DNA from: Nitrosopumilus sp. | GTDB taxonomy: Archaea > Thermoproteota > Nitrososphaeria > Nitrososphaerales > Nitrosopumilaceae | NCBI GenBank assembly: GCA_965197525.1 | Contig: OZ240211.1 | Coordinates: 1,248,001 to 1,312,000 of the forward strand | Length of the DNA: 64,000 nucleotides | Direction of reading: 5' to 3' | Shown here: positions 40,498-50,933 of the stretch, piece after piece | Layout of the letters: each line of letters opens with the position of its first letter | How positions within the stretch are numbered: position 1 is the first letter of the stretch | Position numbers and translations under genes: made by a program | The notes under the pieces: generated by a model | What the model was told of the DNA's origin: nothing | Databases searched by the model: none | What the model saw: only the letters and a program-made list of their open reading frames with translations

Positions 40498-42429
40498 TTT
40501 TATGGCTTCTTGAATTTGTGGATAATGAGCTGAAAGTTTATACATTCGCCTAATGTTTGTGGCAAGGTTCTCAGATTTCTTGCGTTCACCGTGATTGACC
40601 AAAACGCGACGAAGTTTGGGTCTCAATCTCTGTACAAAAGACATTAACTGATTATAATCACTATGTCCACTAAAACCATCCAGTTTTTCAACACTGCAAT
40701 TAATAGAAACAATTTCTACTTTACCATCTTTGCCTAACATGGTGGCTTGTTTAGAGCCGTCAAGAACTCTTCTGCCCAAAGTTCCATTTACTTGATAAGA
40801 TACAAACAGTACTTTGTTCTTTTTGTCAGGTGCTATATTTTTAAAATACTCCAATACTGGTCCGCCTTCTAGCATACCAGATGTTGCCAAGATGATACAT
40901 GGAGAGTCATCTCTCATTGGTTCTTCTCTTGCATCTGCATGCTCAATGTTTGTAAAGTATTCAGAGTCAAATGGATTATCGTCTGTCTCTAAAATTTTTT
41001 GTTTAAGTTCCTTGGCCAGATATTCAGGATATGATTCATGTATTGCTGATGCTTCAGAGATCATTCCTTCAGTAAATACAGGCGCTTCTACCATCTCTCC
41101 TGACTTCATATAATGATCAATGACCATCATGATCTCTTGTGCACGTCCTACTGCAGGTATTGGAATTAAGACTTTGCCGCCATCTGCCAAAGTATTGTTT
41201 ACAGCATTAATGAATGCAGATTCTACCTCTTGTCTAGTTGGCTGAATATCTTCTTTGAGGCCATACGTGCTTTCAATTAATAATGTCTCTACTCTTGGAA
41301 AATTCCAGCTAGCAGCTTCAAAGAGAATACTCTTTCCAAATTTAATATCGCCAGAGTAAACAAAGTTGTGGTCCCCGTTTCCAATATGAAAATGACACAG
41401 TGCAGAGCCTAATATGTGACCAGCATTCATCAAAACCAGTTTGATGTCAGGGGAGATATCAGTTACAGTATCGTATGGCAGAGTTATTGTTTGCCGCATG
41501 ATCTGTTTTACATCCCGTTCAGAGTAAATCGGAGTTCTGCCTTGAGCGGCAGATACCTTGATGGCATCTAATTGAATCAAGTTCATCATAGGTAATGTTG
41601 GTTCAGTACAGTAGATGGGACCTTTGTAGCCATATTTACATAAAGCTGGCAGGAATCCAGTATGATCTAGATGAGCATGGCCAATAACTACGGCATCCAA
41701 TTCGTCCAGGGTGAGATTTAATGAATCTAATCTCGGAAATGCGTCGATAGGAGAGCGTGCACCGGGATTAATTCCACAGTCAATCAAGACTTTGCTTTCG
41801 GCAGTTGATAATAACAGCGAAGATCTCCCCACTTGGCCAAATCCTCCAAGAGTATAGACAGATACTTCGGTTCTTTGAGATAGTCTGGGTCTAAAGATAT
41901 CATCGCCTACTGTCCTGAGTTGTTTGCTTCTTTCTGCGGCTGATTGTTTCAGGGTTGCATTAATTGTTTGAATTGTGCGGGAGGGTATAGTGGTTGCTTT
42001 TCTAACACGCAGTCTCCAGCCTATCTTTTCAGTAATTTCTGCATGATTGAACTCTTTGGCATTTCTTTGTAGTAGCCATGGTCTCTTTGTTTCAACTGAT
42101 ACTTCACCAGTTGCCGTATCAAATATGGTTCCTTGCAAATTCGCCTCTTTTGGGACGCATTCTGTCAAAATTTTTCTAGCTTCTGTTTCGGATTTTCTAA
42201 TTGACTCGTCAGTTCTTACAACAATTCTTTTTTTAATTATGTTTACAAGACTTGAGATCTTGTCATTGTTCTCCATCAGATAACGGGGCGTGTTTGTATA
42301 AAGTGCGATTCGTGGTCCTTCGTACTCTATTTTTGTAACACCAGCTTCTTTGGGTATACTTTGCAGTATGGTTGCCATTATATTTTGGCTATTAGGAAAT
42401 AGTTCTTTTGATGTTTGTTTTCTTTGCAT
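40489..42429 (-). CDS. fttA: beta-CASP ribonuclease aCPSF1 (transcription termination factor FttA)
   Basis: KH domains, GGFGQVGRS, HAHLDH, AGHILGS, GFSGHSD, NHGE. Start placed at ATG 42429. Confidence 0.95.
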   Translation of the reverse strand: MQRKQTSKELFPNSQNIMATILQSIPKEAGVTKIEYEGPRIALYTNTPRYLMENNDKISSLVNIIKKRIVVRTDESIRKSETEARKILTECVPKEANLQGTIFDTATGEVSVETKRPWLLQRNAKEFNHAEITEKIGWRLRVRKATTIPSRTIQTINATLKQSAAERSKQLRTVGDDIFRPRLSQRTEVSVYTLGGFGQVGRSSLLLSTAESKVLIDCGINPGARSPIDAFPRLDSLNLTLDELDAVVIGHAHLDHTGFLPALCKYGYKGPIYCTEPTLPMMNLIQLDAIKVSAAQGRTPIYSERDVKQIMRQTITLPYDTVTDISPDIKLVLMNAGHILGSALCHFHIGNGDHNFVYSGDIKFGKSILFEAASWNFPRVETLLIESTYGLKEDIQPTRQEVESAFINAVNNTLADGGKVLIPIPAVGRAQEIMMVIDHYMKSGEMVEAPVFTEGMISEASAIHESYPEYLAKELKQKILETDDNPFDSEYFTNIEHADAREEPMRDDSPCIILATSGMLEGGPVLEYFKNIAPDKKNKVLFVSYQVNGTLGRRVLDGSKQATMLGKDGKVEIVSINCSVEKLDGFSGHSDYNQLMSFVQRLRPKLRRVLVNHGERKKSENLATNIRRMYKLSAHYPQIQEAIKLF

Positions 42430-42436
42430 TAAATCA

Positions 42437-43069
42437 CTATAATTCAATAACTGATTTCTTTTGTTCATCAGTTAAAAGACGGAAACCGTCTTTATCCATA
42501 ACCGCGATGTTAATTCCATCACCGGTACCAATATTTCGAACTATTGCAGCTTTGACAGCACGTAGAGCTATCTGTTTTGCTTCTTCTATTGTAAGATCTT
42601 CTTTATACTCTTCTTCTAGTAAACCATAAGCCACTGGTGAACCACTACCAGTTGTAACATATGGTTTCTCTTCGACTGAACCAAACATGTCAATGTTAAA
42701 TAGCTTAGGACCATTCCCATCGTATCCGCCTACTAGGATATCAGCCATAAATGGGTAGCCCCGGTTTTGATGAAATATTAGTGAACATAACCTAGCAAGT
42801 GAGTGAATTGATATTGGTTTCTGAGTTTCAACTCTATGAACATTGGAGTGGTAACGTAAAATATCGACAATGTTTTGTGCATCCGCAACGCCTCCTGCCA
42901 AAGTTAAGCCTGCGTGCAAGTCGATCTTTTGAATCTTCATGGTATTGTTGTTGGCAATGAAATAGCCTGCACTAGCCCTCATATCAGCGCATAAGACCAC
43001 ACCGTCTTTAGCTTTTATACCTACAGTGGTAGTCCCATGCAAAATTTTTTCTTCAACATTACTTGACAA
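42437..43069 (-). CDS. psmB: Proteasome subunit beta
   Basis: HG-TTTVG, ADMRAS, GGVADAQ, TGSGS. Confidence 0.95.
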   Translation of the reverse strand: MSSNVEEKILHGTTTVGIKAKDGVVLCADMRASAGYFIANNNTMKIQKIDLHAGLTLAGGVADAQNIVDILRYHSNVHRVETQKPISIHSLARLCSLIFHQNRGYPFMADILVGGYDGNGPKLFNIDMFGSVEEKPYVTTGSGSPVAYGLLEEEYKEDLTIEEAKQIALRAVKAAIVRNIGTGDGINIAVMDKDGFRLLTDEQKKSVIEL

Positions 43070-43164
43070 AAATACACCTAAGTTAAAGTAAGTAATATGT
43101 TCCCTTTTAAATAACTTTTTGATCCATTGAAATCATAAATAATAACAAGAAATCAGAGTATTAT

Positions 43165-44208
43165 ATGCAATCACATACTATGGAACTGCCTAGACTTATT
43201 GAGATCGGTGAGAAGAACGTCAAGGATTTTGGAAAATTTCTAAACTCGCTGAATAGACCAAAAAAAGTATCACTAATAGCAGGTATTAACGTCCAAACGG
43301 TTTTAAGTAAAGAGATTGAAAAATCGTTAAAATTAGCAAAGATTCAGTATATTTGGCATACTTCAAAGGATAATCAAATAAATTTCATAAATAATATTCA
43401 AAAAGATGTAAAAAAAGATGGCTCCGATATGGTGGTTGGAATTGGTGGAGGTCGTTCAGTAGATACTGCCAAGTTAGTTTCATATAATTTAGACAAACCG
43501 TTTGTGAGTCTGCCGACTGCGGCATCTCATGATGGGATGGCAAGCCCATTTGTATCAATACAAAGTGATAAACCTCATTCAATTGTTGCAGTAGCGCCAA
43601 TGGGCGTCTTTGTAGATATTGACATTATTAAAAAAGCTCCCTTAAAATTACTGGCTAGCGGATGTGGTGATCTAATTGCAAATATTATAGCAGTAAAAGA
43701 TTGGCAACTAGGTCACAAAAAGACGGGAGAATACTATGGACGATACTCATCAAATTTGGCCATGATGAGCGCAAAGATAATCATGGAAAACTCTGCTGAG
43801 TTTGCAAAGAAAGGATTAGACGCGCGGGTAATTGTAGAGGGATTGATTAGTGCAGGAGTTGCGTCTTGTATTGCAGGAAGTAGCAGACCGTGTTCGGGTG
43901 CAGAGCATCTATTCTCGCATGCACTCGATAGACTTGCTCCAGGTGTGGGATTACATGGAGAAAAGTGTGGAATTGGTTCTATAATGATGGCAAAGTTACA
44001 AGGGCAGGATTGGGAAGGTATCATAAAGGCGCTAAAAAATGTGGGGGCACCAACTAGTGCAAAACAAATTGACTTAAAACCAGATATGGTAATTCAAGCT
44101 CTATGTATTGCACAAGAATTAAGACCGAAGAGATATACGATTCTAAAAGAGGTAAAAATGACTAAGAAGAAAGCAGAAAACCTTGCAAAGAGTACTAGAG
44201 TAATTTAA
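43165..44208 (+). CDS. egsA: sn-glycerol-1-phosphate dehydrogenase
   Basis: GIGGGRSVD, PTAASHDG, SGAEHLFSHALD, LHGE. Confidence 0.95.
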   Translation: MQSHTMELPRLIEIGEKNVKDFGKFLNSLNRPKKVSLIAGINVQTVLSKEIEKSLKLAKIQYIWHTSKDNQINFINNIQKDVKKDGSDMVVGIGGGRSVDTAKLVSYNLDKPFVSLPTAASHDGMASPFVSIQSDKPHSIVAVAPMGVFVDIDIIKKAPLKLLASGCGDLIANIIAVKDWQLGHKKTGEYYGRYSSNLAMMSAKIIMENSAEFAKKGLDARVIVEGLISAGVASCIAGSSRPCSGAEHLFSHALDRLAPGVGLHGEKCGIGSIMMAKLQGQDWEGIIKALKNVGAPTSAKQIDLKPDMVIQALCIAQELRPKRYTILKEVKMTKKKAENLAKSTRVI

Positions 44209-45011
44209 TCAGATTTTTCATTTGGAGCGGGTTCGGATGTTGTTGTAGTTGTAGTCGTTTTTGTTGTAGATGTCGTGGGTGTTGTATCATTAGGCGTGGA
44301 TTTGGATGTATCACTTGCAGGCGATGAATTTGTGTATGTTTCAATAAAATTTAGTGTATGTAGTGTTGGGACAAATTTGAAGATATTTTGCTGCATAAAA
44401 TGTTTTGTTATCTGCAAGTCTTCGGCACGGAAAACTTCTTCGGGAAGTATAATATCCAGAGTGTGGTCTTTTAAATTATAGTTAGTTTTCGCATCTTGTC
44501 CTCCAAATCTACTTGAAACAATTCCATTAATTCTACTATCTGGCGAATCTAGTGATTCTATAACATTGACGTCATAAAGAATTGTTTTTCCAGCGAATTT
44601 GTGGTTGTAATCTATGTGAACTCTGCCAGAGCCGATAAGACGGATGGTGCCTGTTTTATTATCAAGTGTGACTGTATCGCCGATTGTAACCTTGTCTGCA
44701 TCATCGCCTAACTTTCGAGTGGGAATTGCTCTAACTTTCTTAGGATCTCGCTGACCAAAAGCTTTGTCCGGTGGTACTTCGACTGTAAGTTTTTCTCCAA
44801 CAGATGTTTTTACAAGCGCTTCATCTAATCCCTGCAAGACAGAATAAGCAAAATCACCTAGTGAAACTAGTTTTGGTTGATATACGACATCTTCGCTGTA
44901 AATAGAATATTTCTCAGCATCTGCCTTAACAGTTGTGTCAAAAGCGTCGTCCGTACCTTTTATTCTAGCAGTGTAATCAATAAGGATTAAAGAACCTTTA
45001 TCAAAAGTCAA
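44205..45011 (-). CDS. FKBP-type peptidyl-prolyl isomerase (long archaeal/SlyD type) with Thr-rich tail
   Basis: DYTAR...FDTT, PPDKAFG.RD, DYNHKFAGKT. Confidence 0.9.
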   Translation of the reverse strand: MTFDKGSLILIDYTARIKGTDDAFDTTVKADAEKYSIYSEDVVYQPKLVSLGDFAYSVLQGLDEALVKTSVGEKLTVEVPPDKAFGQRDPKKVRAIPTRKLGDDADKVTIGDTVTLDNKTGTIRLIGSGRVHIDYNHKFAGKTILYDVNVIESLDSPDSRINGIVSSRFGGQDAKTNYNLKDHTLDIILPEEVFRAEDLQITKHFMQQNIFKFVPTLHTLNFIETYTNSSPASDTSKSTPNDTTPTTSTTKTTTTTTTSEPAPNEKSD

Positions 45012-45187
45012 TGTGAATTGTTTTGAAATTCCTTATATTAAGTTAAACTTTGTCAGAGTAGACAATTTGGAGATTGACATTCAAGAAGATTGTTTTAAAA
45101 ATTCAATATAAAAAATGGTGTAGGCATAGAATATTATAAAATGAGAATAGAATTTTAGATTGTAAATAATGTGTATGCAGAAATAAT

Positions 45188-46342
45188 TTAGAGGCCTTTT
45201 AGTTTATCTTCTGCAGTTTTGAGTCCTGCAGCAGAATCTGTATCATATCCCATCATTGCCAATGTGGATGAAATTGCAGAGATGGTTCTCATAACGTGAT
45301 ATGGGCTAACCTCACCCATACAGCCAACTCGGAACACCTTGCCTTTGAGATCGCCGAATCCTCCTGCAACTAAAACTTTGAATTTATCAGCTAGTGTATT
45401 TCTGAAAGTTTTGTCCTCCAAACCTTCCAAATAGTTTAACGCAACAATCGAGATCGATCGATCTTCTTCTTTTGCAAATGGTGTTAGACCAATTGCGCTT
45501 AATCCAGAGTATAGTGCGTCAGAACAGATCTTATGACGTTTAAAGACATTTTCTAATCCCTCTTCTAACATTATTGAGAGTGCCTCTCGATATGCATAAA
45601 GTAACGGTAGTGCAGGAGTAAAAGGAGTGTGCTTTGATTCTTCATAGTAATGAAAGTATCTTGCAAGATTAAAGTACATGGTTGCGGGGGGATTCTCGAT
45701 CATGTATTTTTTAGCTTTAGGACTGACTGATATTGGTGAGATGCCGGGAGGTGCTGCAATTGCTTTTTGAGCACCAGTCATGCATACGTCAATATTCCAC
45801 TTGTCTACAGGAAGTTGAGCGCCGCCTAATAACGAAACAGAGTCTACGATGTAAAATGCATCGTTTCTAGATGTCAAATCAGATATTCGATCAAGATAGT
45901 TTACCATAGTTCCAGTTGATGTCTCATTATGAACTACGTAAAATGCTTTGACATCTTTGTTATTATCAAATGCTTCTTTAACTTGATCAAAAGTTGCATT
46001 CTCTCCAGGCGGAGTCTGGAGTTTTACCACATTTGCACCTTGATTCTGGATTAGTTGTGCTAGTCTGTTACTAAATTCGCCATTTACAGGAATTATAATT
46101 TTATCATCTTTCTTAACTAAATTTATGACACCGGCTTCTACTGCACCAGTTCCAGAACACGACAGAGCAACAATATCATTTTGTGTTTGAAATACTTTTT
46201 GGGTCTTTTCAACGACATCAGTGTACAGTTCTACAAAATCATAACTTCTATGATTAATTATGGGTGCAAGCATTGCTCTCATAACTCTATTAGGTACGTT
46301 AGTTGGACCTGGAAGCATTGATAAGTATTCCATCTGAATCAA
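45188..46342 (-). CDS. Class V PLP aminotransferase (alanine-glyoxylate/serine-pyruvate type)
   Basis: PGPTNV, VHNETSTG, DSVS, GAQKA, FRVGCMG. Confidence 0.92.
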   Translation of the reverse strand: MIQMEYLSMLPGPTNVPNRVMRAMLAPIINHRSYDFVELYTDVVEKTQKVFQTQNDIVALSCSGTGAVEAGVINLVKKDDKIIIPVNGEFSNRLAQLIQNQGANVVKLQTPPGENATFDQVKEAFDNNKDVKAFYVVHNETSTGTMVNYLDRISDLTSRNDAFYIVDSVSLLGGAQLPVDKWNIDVCMTGAQKAIAAPPGISPISVSPKAKKYMIENPPATMYFNLARYFHYYEESKHTPFTPALPLLYAYREALSIMLEEGLENVFKRHKICSDALYSGLSAIGLTPFAKEEDRSISIVALNYLEGLEDKTFRNTLADKFKVLVAGGFGDLKGKVFRVGCMGEVSPYHVMRTISAISSTLAMMGYDTDSAAGLKTAEDKLKGL

Positions 46343-46365
46343 GATATTTTTGGGATTATTTATAA

Positions 46366-46860
46366 TTAGATATTTCTTAGATGTTTTTTAGCGTTAGTTG
46401 TTTTCAAAAAATCTCTAGTCCCCGAAGGTACTAGATCGACCCAAGATTTATCATTAGTTATAAGATCACGTATATTAGTTCCCGACAATTCAGATCTATT
46501 TAGAAACGGAATAGAGATAACTTGACAGGATCTATGTGAATACAAATGTTTAGTTAGTTCATCATTTGAAAAGACTAGATCAAATTTGGGAACGATGTTA
46601 GATATAGCTTCAATCCATTTGATATGATTGTCAAAATCAGGAATGGTGTAAATCGAGATTCTCTCTTTCATTTTGTCATTAATTGAGGACCATATCATGG
46701 TCTCACGTTGTTTGGCTGTGAAGGGATTGTCTTTTTGAGGAGGTTTGTTGGAACTGCCTAGACCAATAAACAGTTTATCAACTCTTGATAATGCAAATTC
46801 TAATGCATGAAGATGTCCTAAATGAAAAGGTTGGAATCTCCCAACTAGTAGTCCATTCAT
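46366..46860 (-). CDS. nadM: Nicotinamide-nucleotide adenylyltransferase
   Basis: GRFQPFHLGH, NPFT, SGTNIR. Confidence 0.92.
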   Translation of the reverse strand: MNGLLVGRFQPFHLGHLHALEFALSRVDKLFIGLGSSNKPPQKDNPFTAKQRETMIWSSINDKMKERISIYTIPDFDNHIKWIEAISNIVPKFDLVFSNDELTKHLYSHRSCQVISIPFLNRSELSGTNIRDLITNDKSWVDLVPSGTRDFLKTTNAKKHLRNI

Positions 46861-46911
46861 ACAAGATATAGAAATTTTTCTTTTTTAAAAAACTATCATA
46901 AGGTGTGTTAA

Positions 46912-47961
46912 ATGATGGTAAACGTGGAGTTTTTAGATATAAATGGGGGTTATGGTGAAGGAGGTGGGCAGATTATCCGCACAGCAATTACTCTGTCATG
47001 TATTACAGGGCAACCAATTCGTATAGAGAATATAAGGAAAAATAGAAGTGTGCCGGGTTTAAAACCGCAGCATCTCACGGCAATTACAATTCTTCAAAAG
47101 ATAACAAATGCCAAAGTTGCTGGGGCAGAGATGGGCTCTACTGAACTAGAGTTTATTCCAGGAAATATTAAAAGTACGAAACTGATTGAAGATGTAAAAA
47201 CTGCAGGAAGTATTTCCTTAATTGTACAAGCCTTGATTCTTGTAGTTGCAGTCGCGGGGAAGAAGCTTGAACTAGAAATTAAAGGAGGAACCGATGTTCT
47301 TTGGAGTCCATCGATTAATTATACTCAATATGTTCTAAAAAATGCATACTCTAAGATGGGAATAAGATTTGAGATGCAGGTAGGAAAACCTGGTTACTAT
47401 CCAAAAGGTGGAGGTAAGATCAAACTAACAGTATATCCAAGTACTGTAAGAGCGTTAAGACTTTCAGAGAGAATAACGCATAATGCAAAATTGACATGTT
47501 CATTTTCAAAACTCTCAGGTAAAATAATAGCAGATAGCACTCAGGCAATTAAAAAGACGTTGATAGGTGCAAATTTCATTGTAGATTCGGAGATTGTAAT
47601 GCAGCAGGCGTTAGATTCAGGAGCGTCTTTGCTAGTTTATAGTGCTGATGAGAATTCTGTAATTGGTGTTGATGGATTGTTTGATCAAAACACACAGCAG
47701 TTTGGTTTGGATGTTAACAGATTTGTTGAAGGGTGTTCAGTTGATGAGAATTTAGCGGATATGTTAGTGGTTCCTGCAAGCTTGGCTGACGGAAAGACTA
47801 CATTTCGTGTCAGAAGAATAACAAGGCATTTGGAGACAAACTTGTTTGTCACATCGCAAATTACAGGCTGTAAATATGGAATTGGAAGGGTGAGTAGAGG
47901 GTTTGAAATAATCATAGAGGGAGTCTCATACTCCCGCATCAAGCAATGCTGCAAAAAGTAA
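46912..47961 (+). CDS. rtcA: RNA 3'-terminal phosphate cyclase
   Basis: GEGGGQIIR, IRKNR..PGLKPQH, GGTDV, GYYPKGGG, RHLETN. Confidence 0.92.
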   Translation: MMVNVEFLDINGGYGEGGGQIIRTAITLSCITGQPIRIENIRKNRSVPGLKPQHLTAITILQKITNAKVAGAEMGSTELEFIPGNIKSTKLIEDVKTAGSISLIVQALILVVAVAGKKLELEIKGGTDVLWSPSINYTQYVLKNAYSKMGIRFEMQVGKPGYYPKGGGKIKLTVYPSTVRALRLSERITHNAKLTCSFSKLSGKIIADSTQAIKKTLIGANFIVDSEIVMQQALDSGASLLVYSADENSVIGVDGLFDQNTQQFGLDVNRFVEGCSVDENLADMLVVPASLADGKTTFRVRRITRHLETNLFVTSQITGCKYGIGRVSRGFEIIIEGVSYSRIKQCCKK

Positions 47962-48423
47962 GATTGCAACAGATAAAACCACCGTAACTTCTCCAAGAAT
48001 AATTATCTTTTTTCGTAATTTTTGAAGCTCGGGTTCGGATATTTGATTTGACATGATCTTCTCTTCAACATCTTTGCGAATCACTCGTACATGAATCACA
48101 TATGTAATAATTAAAGCAATTACGAGAATTATTTTAATAATCAGAAATGTTCCATAACTTGATGCGATAAGAAGATCAGGTCGACCAAGTAAGATATGGG
48201 AGTTATACACGCCAGTTACTATTAGGATAATCAATGATGGGACAGCAATTTTGTTAAATCGTCTTCCCACACGAATCATTATCTGCATTCGTTCAGGGAC
48301 TGAGTCAGTAATCGTCTTTAAAAGCGGAGACAACACAAGTCCGATAGTTAATGAACCTCCAACCCAGATTGAAGCTCCGACAAGGTGAATCCAAGTAATA
48401 ATTGCCTGCTCTAGCGCTGCCAT
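47926..48423 (-). CDS. CopD-family membrane protein
   Basis: WIHLVGASIWVGG, four TM helices, YG..LIIKIILV. Confidence 0.8.
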   Translation of the reverse strand: MAALEQAIITWIHLVGASIWVGGSLTIGLVLSPLLKTITDSVPERMQIMIRVGRRFNKIAVPSLIILIVTGVYNSHILLGRPDLLIASSYGTFLIIKIILVIALIITYVIHVRVIRKDVEEKIMSNQISEPELQKLRKKIIILGEVTVVLSVAILLFAALLDAGV

Positions 48424-48686
48424 GAATTGAAATATTTTGAAACAATATTATGTATTTGGATCAGCGGTTTTTGGGTTTGACAGTTTTTGGATCTTTTTGT
48501 TTATCAAATGATAGTTTGTAGCCACGCAAAATTTTTTAAAAATAATGTCAAAATATCAAGATCTGTTCATAAAACTTGATTTTAGGCTTTGAAAAAGAAG
48601 TGTCAACTTGTATTTTTGAGACAAAAACACGGACACTTACAATCCTGTTGACAACCTTTTTTAGTTGTACAAAAATAATGATTGAG

Positions 48687-49184
48687 ATGACACTGCAAAG
48701 TAAGACAACTGTTTATGCAGCTGTCGCAGGAGTCCTGGCTTTAATGATAGCAATCGTTGGATATGCAAGCCTCGATAACGAGGATCTCCAGCAAGTTGAG
48801 ATCGAGTTAGAAAGTGTAGAACTAAAAGAAGTAAATTCTGTTGCCAACCAAGTAAGACTGGATGTTACATTTCTAGTGAAGAATCCTAGTGATACGACAT
48901 TAACTATATCAATTATTGATTATCAACTGTACGCTGATGACGTATTATTAGGTCCTGGATTATATACTACAGCAGATATTGCGTTGCCAGGCAGGGCGTT
49001 GTTTTATTCAGGGGCAGAAATTCCTTTAAAAAATATATTTGTGCTAGATAGATCTGAGAGAAATTCGGAAGTTTTTGACTCCATAGCAAATAATGAGATC
49101 ACAAACTTTAGTGCTGTAGGCACAATAACTAGTCAAACATCATGGAGTGAGACGGATAAGGACTTTGAAACCAGTATTAATTAA
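48687..49184 (+). CDS. Membrane-anchored LEA_2/WHy-like protein
   Basis: N-terminal TM, VTFLVKNPS...ISIIDYQLYADD.LLG. Confidence 0.65.
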   Translation: MTLQSKTTVYAAVAGVLALMIAIVGYASLDNEDLQQVEIELESVELKEVNSVANQVRLDVTFLVKNPSDTTLTISIIDYQLYADDVLLGPGLYTTADIALPGRALFYSGAEIPLKNIFVLDRSERNSEVFDSIANNEITNFSAVGTITSQTSWSETDKDFETSIN

Positions 49185-49187
49185 AAG

Positions 49188-49261
49188 TGGGTCGAGTGAG
49201 ATTCGAACTCACGATCACCGCCGTGTCGAGGCGGTATCCTAACCAGCTAGACTACCGACCC
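49188..49261 (-). tRNA. tRNA-Val(GAC)
   Basis: Cloverleaf GGGTCGG/TCGACCC-A; anticodon arm CCGCC-TCGACAC-GGCGG; TTCGAAT T-loop. Confidence 0.9.
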
Positions 49262-49343
49262 ATTGAAGTAAAAGGAGAGAGAGTGACATTATTAACGTTT
49301 AAGAAGAGAAAGAGTGAATAAAAGCATAGAAGATGTAGTATAG

Positions 49344-50054
49344 GTGGCTGATAATTTTACTGAAGAAGAGAAGAGAGGCTTTTACAAAGCAATTTACTCA
49401 AGAAGAGATGTAAGATCACATTTTACATCAAGGCCAATAGGAGATAATGTATTGTCAAAGATTCTTCATGCTGCACATCATGCACCTTCAGTCGGATTTT
49501 CCCAACCGTGGAACTTTATTCTAATAAAAGATGGTAAGACCAAAAAGATGATCAAAGAATCATTTGATAAAGAAAGGGAACGATCATCGCAGTTAGTTAC
49601 AGAACCTAAGAGATCAAAGTACCTCTCGTTGAAATTGGAAGGAATATTGGAGTCGCCAGTAAATCTTTGTGTAACGTATGACCCCACAAAGTTTGGTCCA
49701 TTTGTAATTGGAAGATCAAGTATTCCAGAAGCGGGTTTATACAGTGTGTGTTGTGCGATTCAAAACTTGTGGCTAGCAGCCAGAACAGAGGGAGTGGGCC
49801 TTGGATGGGTAAGTATCCTATCAAATGAGGTACTAAAAGATGCTTTAGTGCTGCCTGAGCACATAGTTCCAGTTGCATATCTGTGCTTGGGATATGTCGA
49901 TGATTTTGCAGAAAAACCAGATCTTGAAACAGAAGGATGGCTACCACGCCTAGAATTAAAAGATGTGGTGTACTATGAACGATGGAACAATACGGAGAGT
50001 AAAGACTGGGATAACATTCAGAATATGATTAGAGATAATTTTGATTACGCTTAA
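49344..50054 (+). CDS. bluB: 5,6-dimethylbenzimidazole synthase
   Basis: RRDVRSHF, AAHHAPSVGFSQPWNF, KLEGI, LWLAARTEGVGLGWVSI. Confidence 0.93.
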   Translation: MADNFTEEEKRGFYKAIYSRRDVRSHFTSRPIGDNVLSKILHAAHHAPSVGFSQPWNFILIKDGKTKKMIKESFDKERERSSQLVTEPKRSKYLSLKLEGILESPVNLCVTYDPTKFGPFVIGRSSIPEAGLYSVCCAIQNLWLAARTEGVGLGWVSILSNEVLKDALVLPEHIVPVAYLCLGYVDDFAEKPDLETEGWLPRLELKDVVYYERWNNTESKDWDNIQNMIRDNFDYA

Positions 50055-50078
50055 ATAATTAGAAAAATGTTTTTGCTT

Positions 50079-50171
50079 GGGCTTGTGGCGCAGAGTCAAT
50101 TTGACGCGAAGTATGGATAGCGTGGTAGCCTCCTAAGTTACAGGTCGAGGGATCGAAGCCCTCCAAGCCCG
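50079..50171 (+). tRNA. tRNA-Arg(CCT) with an 18-nt intron in the D-loop (about 50094-50111)
   Basis: GGGCTTG/CAAGCCC-G acceptor; GTAGC-CTCCTAA-GTTAC anticodon arm; insertion agtcaatttgacgcgaag forms a relaxed bulge-helix-bulge. Confidence 0.88.
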
Positions 50172-50336
50172 TTATTAATCATAGCTTTTAGTAAGAAGAT
50201 AGAACGGCAAGTCAGGTAAACGGTAACGGCATAAATGGAAAACTAACTGTAAATTAATAGAATCACTAAAATTTCAATACCTAGTTCGTAACTCAGACTT
50301 ACAGACATTTAAATATAAAATTGAATTACCGTAAAT

Positions 50337-50867
50337 ATGAAGATAGTCGTAATTTCGGGCAGTCCACGAAAAAATGCCAATACACAGATAATAATGAAGT
50401 ATGTGTTTGAATATACTAAATCAAAAAATGCCGATACAAAACTAATCAATCTCTCAGAACAAGATGTTCAATGTTATAAGGGACCTGATGTAGAATACAA
50501 TGATGCAACTCGTACTGCAGCACAAGATATTACTGATGCGGATGTGTGGTTAATCGGTTCGCCAATTTATAACTCATTTTTCAGCTCTGCGTTAAAAAAT
50601 CTGTTTGAATATATCAACTATAAAAAAACACCGGGAAAAGTTGCTGGAATGGCAATTTTAGCTGCTGGAAACATTGGTTTTATTGACGTCCAAACATTAA
50701 TCACGCAGCTGCTATCATATTTCAGAGTAATAGCAAATCCAAAGGCAGTGTTTTTAACTACAGAATGCATAGCTGGAAATGCTGTATCAGACGTAGATGC
50801 ACAAAATAGACTAAAAGAGATGGTAGATGAAACTTTGGAGCTTGCCTCCAAGATACATAACAATTGA
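50337..50867 (+). CDS. NAD(P)H-dependent FMN reductase
   Basis: ISGSPRKNANT, GSPIYN...LKNLFE. Confidence 0.92.
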   Translation: MKIVVISGSPRKNANTQIIMKYVFEYTKSKNADTKLINLSEQDVQCYKGPDVEYNDATRTAAQDITDADVWLIGSPIYNSFFSSALKNLFEYINYKKTPGKVAGMAILAAGNIGFIDVQTLITQLLSYFRVIANPKAVFLTTECIAGNAVSDVDAQNRLKEMVDETLELASKIHNN

Positions 50868-50933
50868 GTATCGTAATTAAATTTTTAAAAATACAAATAT
50901 TAAAAACAACAATAAAACTAACCTAAAAGTAGG

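Noticed and set aside
44205-44330. Thr-rich low-complexity tail of the FKBP protein
   Set aside because: Likely a disordered extension with no further signal.
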